A stretch of DNA of 40,936 bases from positions 1-40,936 of IMG/VR virus record IMGVR_UViG_3300020045_007838, one strand, 5' to 3'. This DNA comes from a virus (Duplodnaviria; Caudoviricetes). The notes below the pieces were generated by a model. The model ran no database searches. It saw only the letters and a list, made by a program, of their open reading frames with translations, and had not been told where the DNA came from. Every line of letters begins with the position of its first letter. The stretch's first letter is position 1. The position numbers and the translations under genes are program-made. Below, in pieces: positions 7,573 through 15,629 of the stretch.

Positions 7573-7824
7573 ATGCGAAACATCTTTGAATCAGTTTCAG
7601 TCTATCTGGCATGGCTTCTATTGCCTAAAAAATACTTTCGTAAATTCATCTCAGATAAGCGCGTATTGGTTCCTAATCCGTTAAGAAATCAAGAATTTCA
7701 TTACAGAAGATGCGGGTGTGGATCAGGCGAGAAAGTGCGCTTTTGTTGCGGGAAACCTCATCGCATTACGGTTGAACAATACAAAATCTTTGCGCGAGTC
7801 GTTGATAAGTGGCTTGAGTCATGA
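7573..7824 (+). CDS. SEC-C-like Zn-binding motif protein
   Basis: CGCGSGEKVRFCCG resembles SEC-C CPCGSGKKYKxCHG; GAGG RBS. Confidence 0.65.
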   Translation: MRNIFESVSVYLAWLLLPKKYFRKFISDKRVLVPNPLRNQEFHYRRCGCGSGEKVRFCCGKPHRITVEQYKIFARVVDKWLES

Positions 7825-7840
7825 TGTTCCACATAGAACA
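7825..7840. promoter_or_regulatory. parS-like imperfect palindrome
   Basis: TGTTCCACATAGAACA, 14/16 match to TGTTCCACGTGGAACA, directly upstream of ParB-like gene. Confidence 0.4.
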
Positions 7841-7882
7841 ATCGACCTATTTACTAGAACAGCTTTTGCCAAAGGGAAGACT

Positions 7883-8488
7883 TTGAAAATTCAGTCCACA
7901 GAAATCGTTATGGTGAATCCTGCCAACTTAGTGCCATACGATAAAAACATGAACGATCACACGCCTGAGCAGATCGATAGACTTATAAAGCTAATCGAAT
8001 ACCAAGGCTTCAGAGATCCTTTGATTGTGCAAAAAGGTACTAACATCATCGCCGCAGGGCACGGACGCGCTGAAGCAGCAATGAAAATGGGAATGAAAGA
8101 AGTCCCTGTCACCTATCAGGAGTTCGATAGCGAAGCTCAGTTCTATGCCTTTGTAGTCAGTCACAATGCAATCGCAAAGGATTCGTGGGCCAGTCTAGAC
8201 CTGTCTAAGGTGAATGCTGGGATGCTGGACCTAGGGCCGGATTTCGATATTGACATGCTGGGAATAAAAGATTTCATCATTGAGCCAGCGGAGGGGTTTT
8301 TGCCCGACCTGAATGGCGACTCACCAGAATGTCAAACCGTCACGTTCGTATTATCTAATGAGCAAAAAGACATTCTAGATTCTGGTATCAAAAAAGCAAA
8401 AGCAGAAGAAGATTGCACCGACGATCTAAATCAAAACTCAAACGGCAACGCCTTGGCTGCATTAGTGAAACGCTATGTTTACGGCTAA
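7883..8488 (+). CDS. ParB/Srx-like N-terminal domain protein
   Basis: PYDKNMNDH..QI..L...I...GF.DP, IAAGHGRAEAA; probable TTG start after AAGGG. Confidence 0.85.
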   Translation: MKIQSTEIVMVNPANLVPYDKNMNDHTPEQIDRLIKLIEYQGFRDPLIVQKGTNIIAAGHGRAEAAMKMGMKEVPVTYQEFDSEAQFYAFVVSHNAIAKDSWASLDLSKVNAGMLDLGPDFDIDMLGIKDFIIEPAEGFLPDLNGDSPECQTVTFVLSNEQKDILDSGIKKAKAEEDCTDDLNQNSNGNALAALVKRYVYG

Positions 8489-9218
8489 GGATATTGAGAT
8501 TCGCGTCATTGACTCATCATCATCACGAAAAGTCGTTGAGCGTTATCATTATTCTGGGAAATGTACTCAAAACTCACAGCTTCATTTCGGCGTTTTTTTA
8601 AATGGAAAACTTGAGGGTGCTTTGCAGTTTGGCCCGTCAATCGACAAAAGAAGAATGGCCGAAAATCTTGGTGTAGGATTTAACGAGACTTTAGAGCTTA
8701 ACAGGATGGCCCTATCTGATTCTTGCCCTAAAAACAGCGAATCGAGAGCACTTGGGGTATGTCTAAGGATGATCAAAAAGAAATATCCATTCCTAAAAGT
8801 CATTGTCTCATTCGCTGATGCCTGCCAATGCGGAGACGGGACAATTTACAGGGCCAGCGGGTTTAAGCTTCATTCTTACAAGAAGAACACTAGCCTGCTT
8901 AGGATGCCATCGGGTGAAGTAAAGGCCAAGAAGTCCTTGGATAATCTATCATCCAAGGATGGGCGCTATATGAGCTCTCTAGCGGTTGAGGCAGGAGCAA
9001 AGCCACTTGTGGGATACCAGATGAAATATCTTTATTTCTTCGATAAGGGGCTAGAGAAACGCTTTAAATTTCTTCCATTTGACAAAATTCCTGACGAAGT
9101 GAGAATGTATAAAGGATCAAAGCGCGGGGAGTATGAAATTAATGCGTCTGGCTTCCAGCCAGAAGAAAGCGGCGTAATACCGACTTCCGCGCTCCATTCT
9201 AGGCAAAGCGATGAGTAA
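8475..9218 (+). CDS. mom: Mom-family (GNAT-fold) DNA adenine modification protein
   Basis: HYSGK, ELNRM, PKNSESR, IVSFAD..Q..DGTIYRASGF motifs typical of Mu Mom-like proteins. Confidence 0.8.
   Translation: MFTAKDIEIRVIDSSSSRKVVERYHYSGKCTQNSQLHFGVFLNGKLEGALQFGPSIDKRRMAENLGVGFNETLELNRMALSDSCPKNSESRALGVCLRMIKKKYPFLKVIVSFADACQCGDGTIYRASGFKLHSYKKNTSLLRMPSGEVKAKKSLDNLSSKDGRYMSSLAVEAGAKPLVGYQMKYLYFFDKGLEKRFKFLPFDKIPDEVRMYKGSKRGEYEINASGFQPEESGVIPTSALHSRQSDE
9122..9196 (+). tRNA. Non-canonical tRNA-Gly(TCC)-like RNA embedded in mom CDS
   Basis: Acceptor GCGCGGG/TCCGCGC plus T-CCA; D-stem GTAT/ATGC; anticodon stem TCTGG/CCAGA with loop CTTCCAG; T-stem AGCGG/CCG(A)CT with loop CGTAATA. Confidence 0.8.
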
Positions 9219-9429
9219 TCGCACTAGATGCCATCTCAATCACGGTCGTGAAGTTCTTGGTCTTTTCTTTGTCCATAAAGAGCCGATTACATGCCTGCAT
9301 GGCCTCATCACGGGATTCAAAATCCTCGGAGAGAAAATTCTCAAGAATCTCAATCTCTTTCTTGTTCAGCTTAGAAAATCCCCTTCCAAGCCATGGGTGA
9401 TTTTTGAGGAAATTTATTTCGTAATTCAT
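9199..9429 (-). CDS. Hypothetical protein convergent with mom
   Basis: 76-aa ATG ORF with protein-like helical composition filling the mom-terS gap. Confidence 0.55.
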   Translation of the reverse strand: MNYEINFLKNHPWLGRGFSKLNKKEIEILENFLSEDFESRDEAMQACNRLFMDKEKTKNFTTVIEMASSAITHRFA

Positions 9430-9487
9430 TTCATGATCTTAATACATCGCAAAAATACTGCAATATGTAATATTTACAGAGGTAGTA

Positions 9488-9832
9488 ATGTCTAGGCAAC
9501 GCAAAGAGATAGACCAAAATCAGATGGCAGCACTATGCAGGATGAAGCCTACCAAGACAGATGTAGCGGCCTTCTTTCAATGCTCAGAAGACACCGTAGA
9601 GAACCGTGTTAAAGAGTGGGGCTATGGGTCATTTTCGGTGTTTCGAGAAGAAAACATGGTGCATACAAGATTCTCAATCATCAGGAAGGCAATAGAGAAG
9701 GCAGAGAAGGGGGATAACGTGATGCTTATTTTCACGCTTAAAAACCTCTGCGGCTGGAAAGACAAATGGGAAAACGAGCTTGATGGGGCAAATATCAACA
9801 TCACAATCTCAGAGAAAGAAAAGGCCCTATAA
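9488..9832 (+). CDS. terS: Terminase small subunit
   Basis: HTH-like N-terminus, A.KGDNVMLIFTLKNLCGWKD motif; directly upstream of TerL. Confidence 0.8.
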   Translation: MSRQRKEIDQNQMAALCRMKPTKTDVAAFFQCSEDTVENRVKEWGYGSFSVFREENMVHTRFSIIRKAIEKAEKGDNVMLIFTLKNLCGWKDKWENELDGANINITISEKEKAL

Positions 9833-11095
9833 TTGGAATTTAGGGACACGCCAAAACAGCTAGAATTGGTTGATTTGCAAGTGTCTCATGCTAAGCACAT
9901 TATGGCGTATGGAGGTTCAAGAAGTGGTAAGACCTTTCGTCACATTAAAAGCATTATCATTCGAGCCTCTAAGGCGAGATCCCGCCATTGTATTTTAAGA
10001 CACACGTTCAACTCAGCTAAAACATCCATCTTCTTCGATACGCTCCCAAAGGTATTAAGGCTAGCGTTTCCTGACTTGAAGTATGAAGAGAACCGAACTG
10101 ATTGGTTTATCACTCTTCCAAACGGATCAGAATTATGGGTTGCTGGGCTCGATGATGATAAACGGGTAGAAAAGATTCTAGGGAAGGAGTTCTCGACACT
10201 TTACTTTAACGAGTGCTCGCAGATTTCATATAAAGCAATCCAAGTAGCCCTTACCCGACTAGCTGAAAAGAACGAACTCCTAAAGAAAGTTTACTACGAT
10301 CAGAACCCTCCATCTAAAAAACATTGGTCCTATTGGTTATTCGTTAAAGGACTAGACCCAATCGATAACGTGCCAGTGAATAAAAATGATTACGCGGCAC
10401 TGCTAATGAATCCATCCGACAACATGGAAAACATTGACAAGGACTACATTTCAGAAATCCTAGACAAAATGCCCGAAGCTCAACGCAAACGATTCAGGGA
10501 TGGAGAGTTTTCTTCTGATGATGACGGGCAGGCTTACTACACGTTCGACCGTGAGAAACACACGACCACAATCTCTAAGAGCTATCGTCAAGGACAAGTC
10601 TGTATCGGAATGGACTTTAACGTAAACCCGATGACTGCGGTGGTGGGGCACTTTATAAATAACAAGTTCTATGTCTTCACTGAGAGGTTTTTGCCTAACT
10701 CAGACACCTATAAAATGTCCCACAGTTTAATTAGTGGCGGATTTAAGGGTGGGAACATCTACCCCGATTCAACCGGAAAGAACCGTAAGACATCAGGTAT
10801 CTCGGATCACACTATCTTAAAAGAGGCCGGATTCACGGTTGTCCCTACGTTCAATCCGCTGGTTGTAGATCGAGTTAACAACGTGAACCGCCTCCTTCGC
10901 GAGGATAGGTTAATAATCGATAAATCATGCGGTAAATTAATAGCAGACCTAGAAAAGGTTTCATGGAAGGACGGCGTACTTGACCAGAAAACCGATACCA
11001 TGTTGACCCATATTTCGGACGCATTGGGGTACTGGTGCTGGGCACTCGACCCGTTACGTCCTGAACAAGAGAAGTCATCAACTACCATCCTATAG
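9833..11095 (+). CDS. terL: Terminase large subunit
   Basis: Walker A YGGSRSGKT, Walker B LYFNE, GMDFN and HISDALGY nuclease motifs. Confidence 0.93.
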   Translation: MEFRDTPKQLELVDLQVSHAKHIMAYGGSRSGKTFRHIKSIIIRASKARSRHCILRHTFNSAKTSIFFDTLPKVLRLAFPDLKYEENRTDWFITLPNGSELWVAGLDDDKRVEKILGKEFSTLYFNECSQISYKAIQVALTRLAEKNELLKKVYYDQNPPSKKHWSYWLFVKGLDPIDNVPVNKNDYAALLMNPSDNMENIDKDYISEILDKMPEAQRKRFRDGEFSSDDDGQAYYTFDREKHTTTISKSYRQGQVCIGMDFNVNPMTAVVGHFINNKFYVFTERFLPNSDTYKMSHSLISGGFKGGNIYPDSTGKNRKTSGISDHTILKEAGFTVVPTFNPLVVDRVNNVNRLLREDRLIIDKSCGKLIADLEKVSWKDGVLDQKTDTMLTHISDALGYWCWALDPLRPEQEKSSTTIL

Positions 11096-11101
11096 GACAA
11101 A

Positions 11102-12478
11102 ATGAAACCAACTAGGCAAGAAATCATCCAGTACGTTCGCGATCATAAAGACTACCTTGAAAGAAACCACGTTGTTTACGACATCTTCACAGGTAACTTG
11201 CTTCCTTATGTTACGGATGTTTTAGAGAAAACGCTTTCAGCGAACTACTACAACAAAATCAAAGAGCGAATTGTTCCAGTTAACGTGCTCGAGAGATACG
11301 TCAAAAAGGTTTCTTCGGCTTACGAAAATCCTCCTAAACGAATCTGTAAAAACGAATCCGATCAAGAGGTTGTTGATTACTACGTTCGCGAGATGGCGCT
11401 GAACCAGAAGTTTGCATCGGCCGATCAATATTGTGCGATGTTTAAAGGTTACGGAATGGAGCCCTATGTAGATCAGGGGCAGCCGAAATGCAGAGTCATG
11501 CCGTTTGATCGCTTTATCGTTTACTCGGACAACACAAAAGACCCGACTACAGAAACGGTTTTCATTAAGATAACAAACAAACAAGACATGCTTGGAAATA
11601 ATGTAGAGTGCTATTACGTTTACACCAACGAAGCATTTGACGCATTCGATGCTAACGGGAAAACCATCGATTCCGCACTTGAGGGTAACGATGGCGTGAA
11701 CCCTTTTGAAGTCATCCCGCTTTTATATGGTAAACGATCAGAGAATGAGCTTCTACCTGTTCAAGATACGGACATCGTATCAATGGCGAAACTAATTTCT
11801 GTGTTCATGTCAGACCTTTCGGGCGTGTCGATGTTTCAATGTTTCTCAATTATTTACGGAATTGATCTATCAATGGACAACATCGTAATGGCCCCGAACG
11901 CATTATGGAATTTTAAGTCAGACGCATCTCGTCCGGACGCTAAACCATCTATCGGGACAATTAAACCCGAAGCGGATATCGACAAGGTTTTAAATTTCAT
12001 CATCACTACATTCGTTCTATGGCTTGAGACCAAGGGTATTCGCGTTGGATCAATCGGAAGTATCGACGCTGGCAATTCAGCATCGGGAATCGCTAAGATC
12101 ATTGACGAGATGGATGTTTATAAGGTCGTAAAAGAATCCATCCAAAACTTCGAGCGCGAAGAGAGAACATTCTGGAAGAAAATGGTGAAGATCCACAACG
12201 AATGGCTCGCTCAAGGTGAAATATCAGGGATGGGTAAACTTTCAGAAGATTTTGATATTCAAATCATTTTCCCTGAGCCACAACCAAAACGTAACAAGAT
12301 CGACGTAATCAACGAAAAGAAAACAGAAGTTGATGCAGGGTTTAAGTCTCGCAAAAAAGCGATGATGGAGCTCAACCCAGAAATGTCAGAAACAGAAATC
12401 GACGAAGAGATTTTGGCAATCGATGACGAGAACGTGACTGAACTACCTGAACAGCAGGGAGTGAATGGCCAAGTTTAA
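11102..12478 (+). CDS. Portal protein
   Basis: 458 aa directly after TerL; NPFEVIP and SGIAK motifs, acidic C-terminus (SPP1-like). Confidence 0.85.
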   Translation: MKPTRQEIIQYVRDHKDYLERNHVVYDIFTGNLLPYVTDVLEKTLSANYYNKIKERIVPVNVLERYVKKVSSAYENPPKRICKNESDQEVVDYYVREMALNQKFASADQYCAMFKGYGMEPYVDQGQPKCRVMPFDRFIVYSDNTKDPTTETVFIKITNKQDMLGNNVECYYVYTNEAFDAFDANGKTIDSALEGNDGVNPFEVIPLLYGKRSENELLPVQDTDIVSMAKLISVFMSDLSGVSMFQCFSIIYGIDLSMDNIVMAPNALWNFKSDASRPDAKPSIGTIKPEADIDKVLNFIITTFVLWLETKGIRVGSIGSIDAGNSASGIAKIIDEMDVYKVVKESIQNFEREERTFWKKMVKIHNEWLAQGEISGMGKLSEDFDIQIIFPEPQPKRNKIDVINEKKTEVDAGFKSRKKAMMELNPEMSETEIDEEILAIDDENVTELPEQQGVNGQV

Positions 12479-12977
12479 ACCTTATTTCGAGGTTTCTATT
12501 CCTAAGGATTACACGCCTGAAGAGAGGCGGGCTATAGCTGCGGAGATAATTGATTATGTTATCTCTCGCACTGAAAGCGGCCTAGATAAAGGGAACAGAA
12601 AGTTTCAGAAATACTCAAAGGCATACGCTAAAGAAAAAGGGCAGACAAATGTCGATCTTAAACTCAGCGAGGAAATGCTTTTCGAGATGTCGCTTCTTAA
12701 GACTCCAAACGGATTAATTCGCATCGGATACAACGGTGATTCAGATGTAGTCGGAAAGGTTGAGGGTAACGTGCTGGGAACGTACGGTAATGATCGACCT
12801 GTTACAAAAGGCCGAAACTTTCTAGGTATTACAAAGTCAGACCTCAGAACGATTCTTAAAGACTACCCCATCAGAGATAAAGAAGCGCGTCAAGAAAGAG
12901 TAAACGCTATCAAGAATGGAGAGATTGTAGACGAAAGCATAGCGATTAAATCCGGCCTAGATACAGGAGGCGAATGA
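12465..12977 (+). CDS. Phage virion morphogenesis-type protein 1
   Basis: FQKYSKAYAKEK, VDL.LS..ML, RNFLGI pattern; position. Confidence 0.6.
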   Translation: MAKFKPYFEVSIPKDYTPEERRAIAAEIIDYVISRTESGLDKGNRKFQKYSKAYAKEKGQTNVDLKLSEEMLFEMSLLKTPNGLIRIGYNGDSDVVGKVEGNVLGTYGNDRPVTKGRNFLGITKSDLRTILKDYPIRDKEARQERVNAIKNGEIVDESIAIKSGLDTGGE

Positions 12978-13474
12978 CTCCAGAGCAAAAAATTAGAGAC
13001 TTTAGACTTAAATACGGACGCAGATTAAAAGCTGTTAGCTTACAGGTTACAGAAGAAACCGCTGATGTTGCTTATCGTTTAGTCGAGATTCGCACACGCG
13101 AGGGCGGCGGTACAAACGGGCCACTCAAAAAGCTAAGCGGAAAATACATTGCATTCAGAAGAAGATGGGCATCTTTTCTCGATGACGAAACAAGTCCTGC
13201 AAAATCAAACCTAACGGCCACGGGGCAACTTTTAAAAGCACTGTACCTTAGGGTTTCAGGAACGAGATTTTTTATTAAGATCAATAACAAGAAAAGATAT
13301 CAGGCGCTAGGCGGCGGCGGCGAAGGAATGACCAACAATCAGATTCGCGACTATCAAGAAAAGCAAGGCAGGGAGTTTTTAAAACTCTCACCATTAGAGG
13401 ATAAGCAGATTCGACAGTTCGCTAGAGAGCGTTACGAGGATTACTTATCGGATTTTATCAAAAAGAATGCATAG
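12974..13474 (+). CDS. Phage virion morphogenesis-type protein 2
   Basis: LKKLSGKYIAFR, SNLTATGQLL, REFLKLS pattern; resembles the previous gene. Confidence 0.6.
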   Translation: MTPEQKIRDFRLKYGRRLKAVSLQVTEETADVAYRLVEIRTREGGGTNGPLKKLSGKYIAFRRRWASFLDDETSPAKSNLTATGQLLKALYLRVSGTRFFIKINNKKRYQALGGGGEGMTNNQIRDYQEKQGREFLKLSPLEDKQIRQFARERYEDYLSDFIKKNA

Positions 13475-13509
13475 GTTGACATGGTGTCAATCGTAATAGA
13501 GGATTAAAA

Positions 13510-14085
13510 ATGACAGACGACACATCAGCGAACGGTGTTCCTGATTCGGCGGCGGTGCCACCAAAAGAAGACAAGGCTTTCTTAGCTTTGAAAGATGAGA
13601 AGAAAAAGATTGCGCAGGAAAATGCTGATCTCAAAGCTCGTCTTGAAAAAATTGAAAGTGAGAACCGCGCCAAACAGGAAGAAGCTCTTAAACAACAGGG
13701 TGAATACAAAAAACTCTGGGAAGATGGGCAGAAATCTAACAGCGAACTCGCAGACAAACTAAAAGCAAAAGAACAGAAAGAACTTGCACTTCGGAAGATT
13801 GACGTTGTGATGCAAGAACTAGGTGCGCCACTGGCAAAGCCTGAGTATTGGGATTTCGTGGATCTTACATCAATCCCTGTTGATGAGGCCACAAACGACA
13901 TTGACCGCAACATTGCTAAAAAGGTTGCGAGCGACTTCGTTAAAAACTTTCCAGAACTTCTGGCCAAGAAAAGTGGGAAACTCCCTAGCGATGCCCCTTC
14001 GCCAGCTTCATCGTTGTCTTATGATGATTGGGCTAAACTCCCTCTCGATGAAAAGCGTAAAAGACTAAAAGACGTAAAACGATAA
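13510..14085 (+). CDS. Capsid scaffolding protein
   Basis: Coiled-coil, charged; GAGG RBS; directly before capsid gene. Confidence 0.75.
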   Translation: MTDDTSANGVPDSAAVPPKEDKAFLALKDEKKKIAQENADLKARLEKIESENRAKQEEALKQQGEYKKLWEDGQKSNSELADKLKAKEQKELALRKIDVVMQELGAPLAKPEYWDFVDLTSIPVDEATNDIDRNIAKKVASDFVKNFPELLAKKSGKLPSDAPSPASSLSYDDWAKLPLDEKRKRLKDVKR

Positions 14086-14099
14086 ACAAAGGACTCTAA

Positions 14100-14993
14100 A
14101 TGAGCGCGACTCTGGTACAGGAACTTTCAAATCAAGTTCAAAAATTCTGGGCCCCAATGATGGTTGATGAGCTAAAAGAAATGGCAATTCTTCCTACTCT
14201 CGTATCTAAAGATTACGATGGAGAAATTAAACAAGCTGGCGACACTGTTTATATCTCTATGGTTGAAACTCCAGATGGATCAATCAAGACAATCGGCGTA
14301 GATCACCAAAACTACTCTTCTGAGAAGTTGAAAACTCAACGTGTTGCTGTTGTTGCTGATACTATCATCGAAGCTACTTACGAGCTTGATTCTTTGATCG
14401 ATCTTCAAACTCAACTCGGAAGCCCTGAAGGCAAGTCTAAGATTCGCGCAGGACTTAATAAGTCTCTCGAATTGAACCTTAATAAATTCCTTTACGGTAA
14501 AGTAGCACCGTCAACTTCTGCTCCTGATCATTCAATTGCATCAGTAACAGATTTCAACGCTGCTCGTGTGCTTTCTAACAGACTTCTTGCTTCTCAAGCT
14601 AAGTGGTCTTCTGAAGGTGGATGGTGGGCACTTCTTGACCCGTCTTTCTATAACGATTTCCTGAGTGCTGCTACTCTCGTTAGCTCTGACTTTGTTGGTT
14701 CAGACCTTCCAACTATTGGCGGTAAAAAGCCGTTCAATCGTTTCGGTTTCAACATCCTCGAAGATAACTCAGATGCAATGTCTCAATTGAGCCCGACTGC
14801 AGCAACATCTGATCTCGCTCTCATGTTCCAGCCGGACTTTATGTATCTCGTTATGCAACAGCAGCCGATGATTAAGATTTCTGATCTTCACGCCAACAAG
14901 CAGCGCGGTTACTTGCTTACTGCTGAGTTCGTGTGTGGTGCTGGTCTTGGGATTCAGGGCGCAGTTAAGCATATTGTGAACTATAACGCGTAA
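14100..14993 (+). CDS. Major capsid protein (P22-coat/HK97 fold)
   Basis: KFWAP, DYDGEIKQAGDTVYI, FGFNILE motifs; 297 aa. Confidence 0.88.
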   Translation: MSATLVQELSNQVQKFWAPMMVDELKEMAILPTLVSKDYDGEIKQAGDTVYISMVETPDGSIKTIGVDHQNYSSEKLKTQRVAVVADTIIEATYELDSLIDLQTQLGSPEGKSKIRAGLNKSLELNLNKFLYGKVAPSTSAPDHSIASVTDFNAARVLSNRLLASQAKWSSEGGWWALLDPSFYNDFLSAATLVSSDFVGSDLPTIGGKKPFNRFGFNILEDNSDAMSQLSPTAATSDLALMFQPDFMYLVMQQQPMIKISDLHANKQRGYLLTAEFVCGAGLGIQGAVKHIVNYNA

Positions 14994-15187
14994 TGAAGTT
15001 TGGATTTAGTCTTAACAAATACAAGAATGCTGTAACCCTTGAGAGTAAAACCTCTCAGGGGCTCTTGCAGATGATTCAGGACATTCGTTGTCCGGTTGAG
15101 ATTATCCAGATTTACCATGACGGGAAAAATCACGTTGCAGTTATTGTTACAGAAAAAAAACTAGTTAGAAAAATTAAACAGGAGTAA
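14993..15187 (+). CDS. Small head-region protein
   Basis: TAATG coupling to capsid gene; 64 aa. Confidence 0.65.
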   Translation: MKFGFSLNKYKNAVTLESKTSQGLLQMIQDIRCPVEIIQIYHDGKNHVAVIVTEKKLVRKIKQE

Positions 15188-15191
15188 TCAA

Positions 15192-15590
15192 ATGGCGGTT
15201 CTAAAAGCAGCTAAAACGGTCGGAGCACCATTTAGCAATACAGTCGAAGTAGTAAGAGTTATCTATGATTTCGCACAAGAAGGCGGAGAAGTAGAAGATA
15301 ATACAGTTCTTACTGCTGACGGTGATGTTCTCGTTCGTTGCATTGGCGCGCACATTCTTGTCGCTCCAACTTCTGGCGGTTCGGCCACTATCGATCTCGG
15401 AAAAGGTGCTTCTGGAGTTCAGTTCATCTCTACTGAGGCAATCGCTACTTTCACACTTAATTCATTCTATGCTTCAGAGTCAGCAGCGGCCGTAAAGCTT
15501 GCTGCCGGAGAAGTTATCAACATGGGTGTTGCTACTGCTGCACTTACTGCTGGTAAAATTGAATTCATTTTCGAAATCGCTCAAGCTTAA
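15192..15590 (+). CDS. Probable capsid decoration protein
   Basis: AGGAG RBS; beta-rich Ala/Gly/Thr composition, ALTAGKIEF end; followed by terminator. Confidence 0.6.
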   Translation: MAVLKAAKTVGAPFSNTVEVVRVIYDFAQEGGEVEDNTVLTADGDVLVRCIGAHILVAPTSGGSATIDLGKGASGVQFISTEAIATFTLNSFYASESAAAVKLAAGEVINMGVATAALTAGKIEFIFEIAQA

Positions 15591-15598
15591 TTAAAGAT

Positions 15599-15621
15599 GC
15601 CCCTCTTCGGAGGGGCTTTTT
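15599..15621 (+). terminator. Intrinsic terminator
   Basis: GCCCCTC-TTCG-GAGGGGC-TTTTT. Confidence 0.9.
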
Positions 15622-15629
15622 GAGGTTAA

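Noticed and set aside
9122-9196. attP remnant or ordinary translational tRNA-Gly
   Set aside because: No integrase recognised, the T-arm is too degenerate to match a host tRNA 3' end, and loss of U8, GG and TTC argues against normal ribosomal use
9211-9495. Plus-strand 94-aa ORF between mom and terS
   Set aside because: Reads as the antisense shadow of 9199..9429, which has more protein-like composition; not fully excluded
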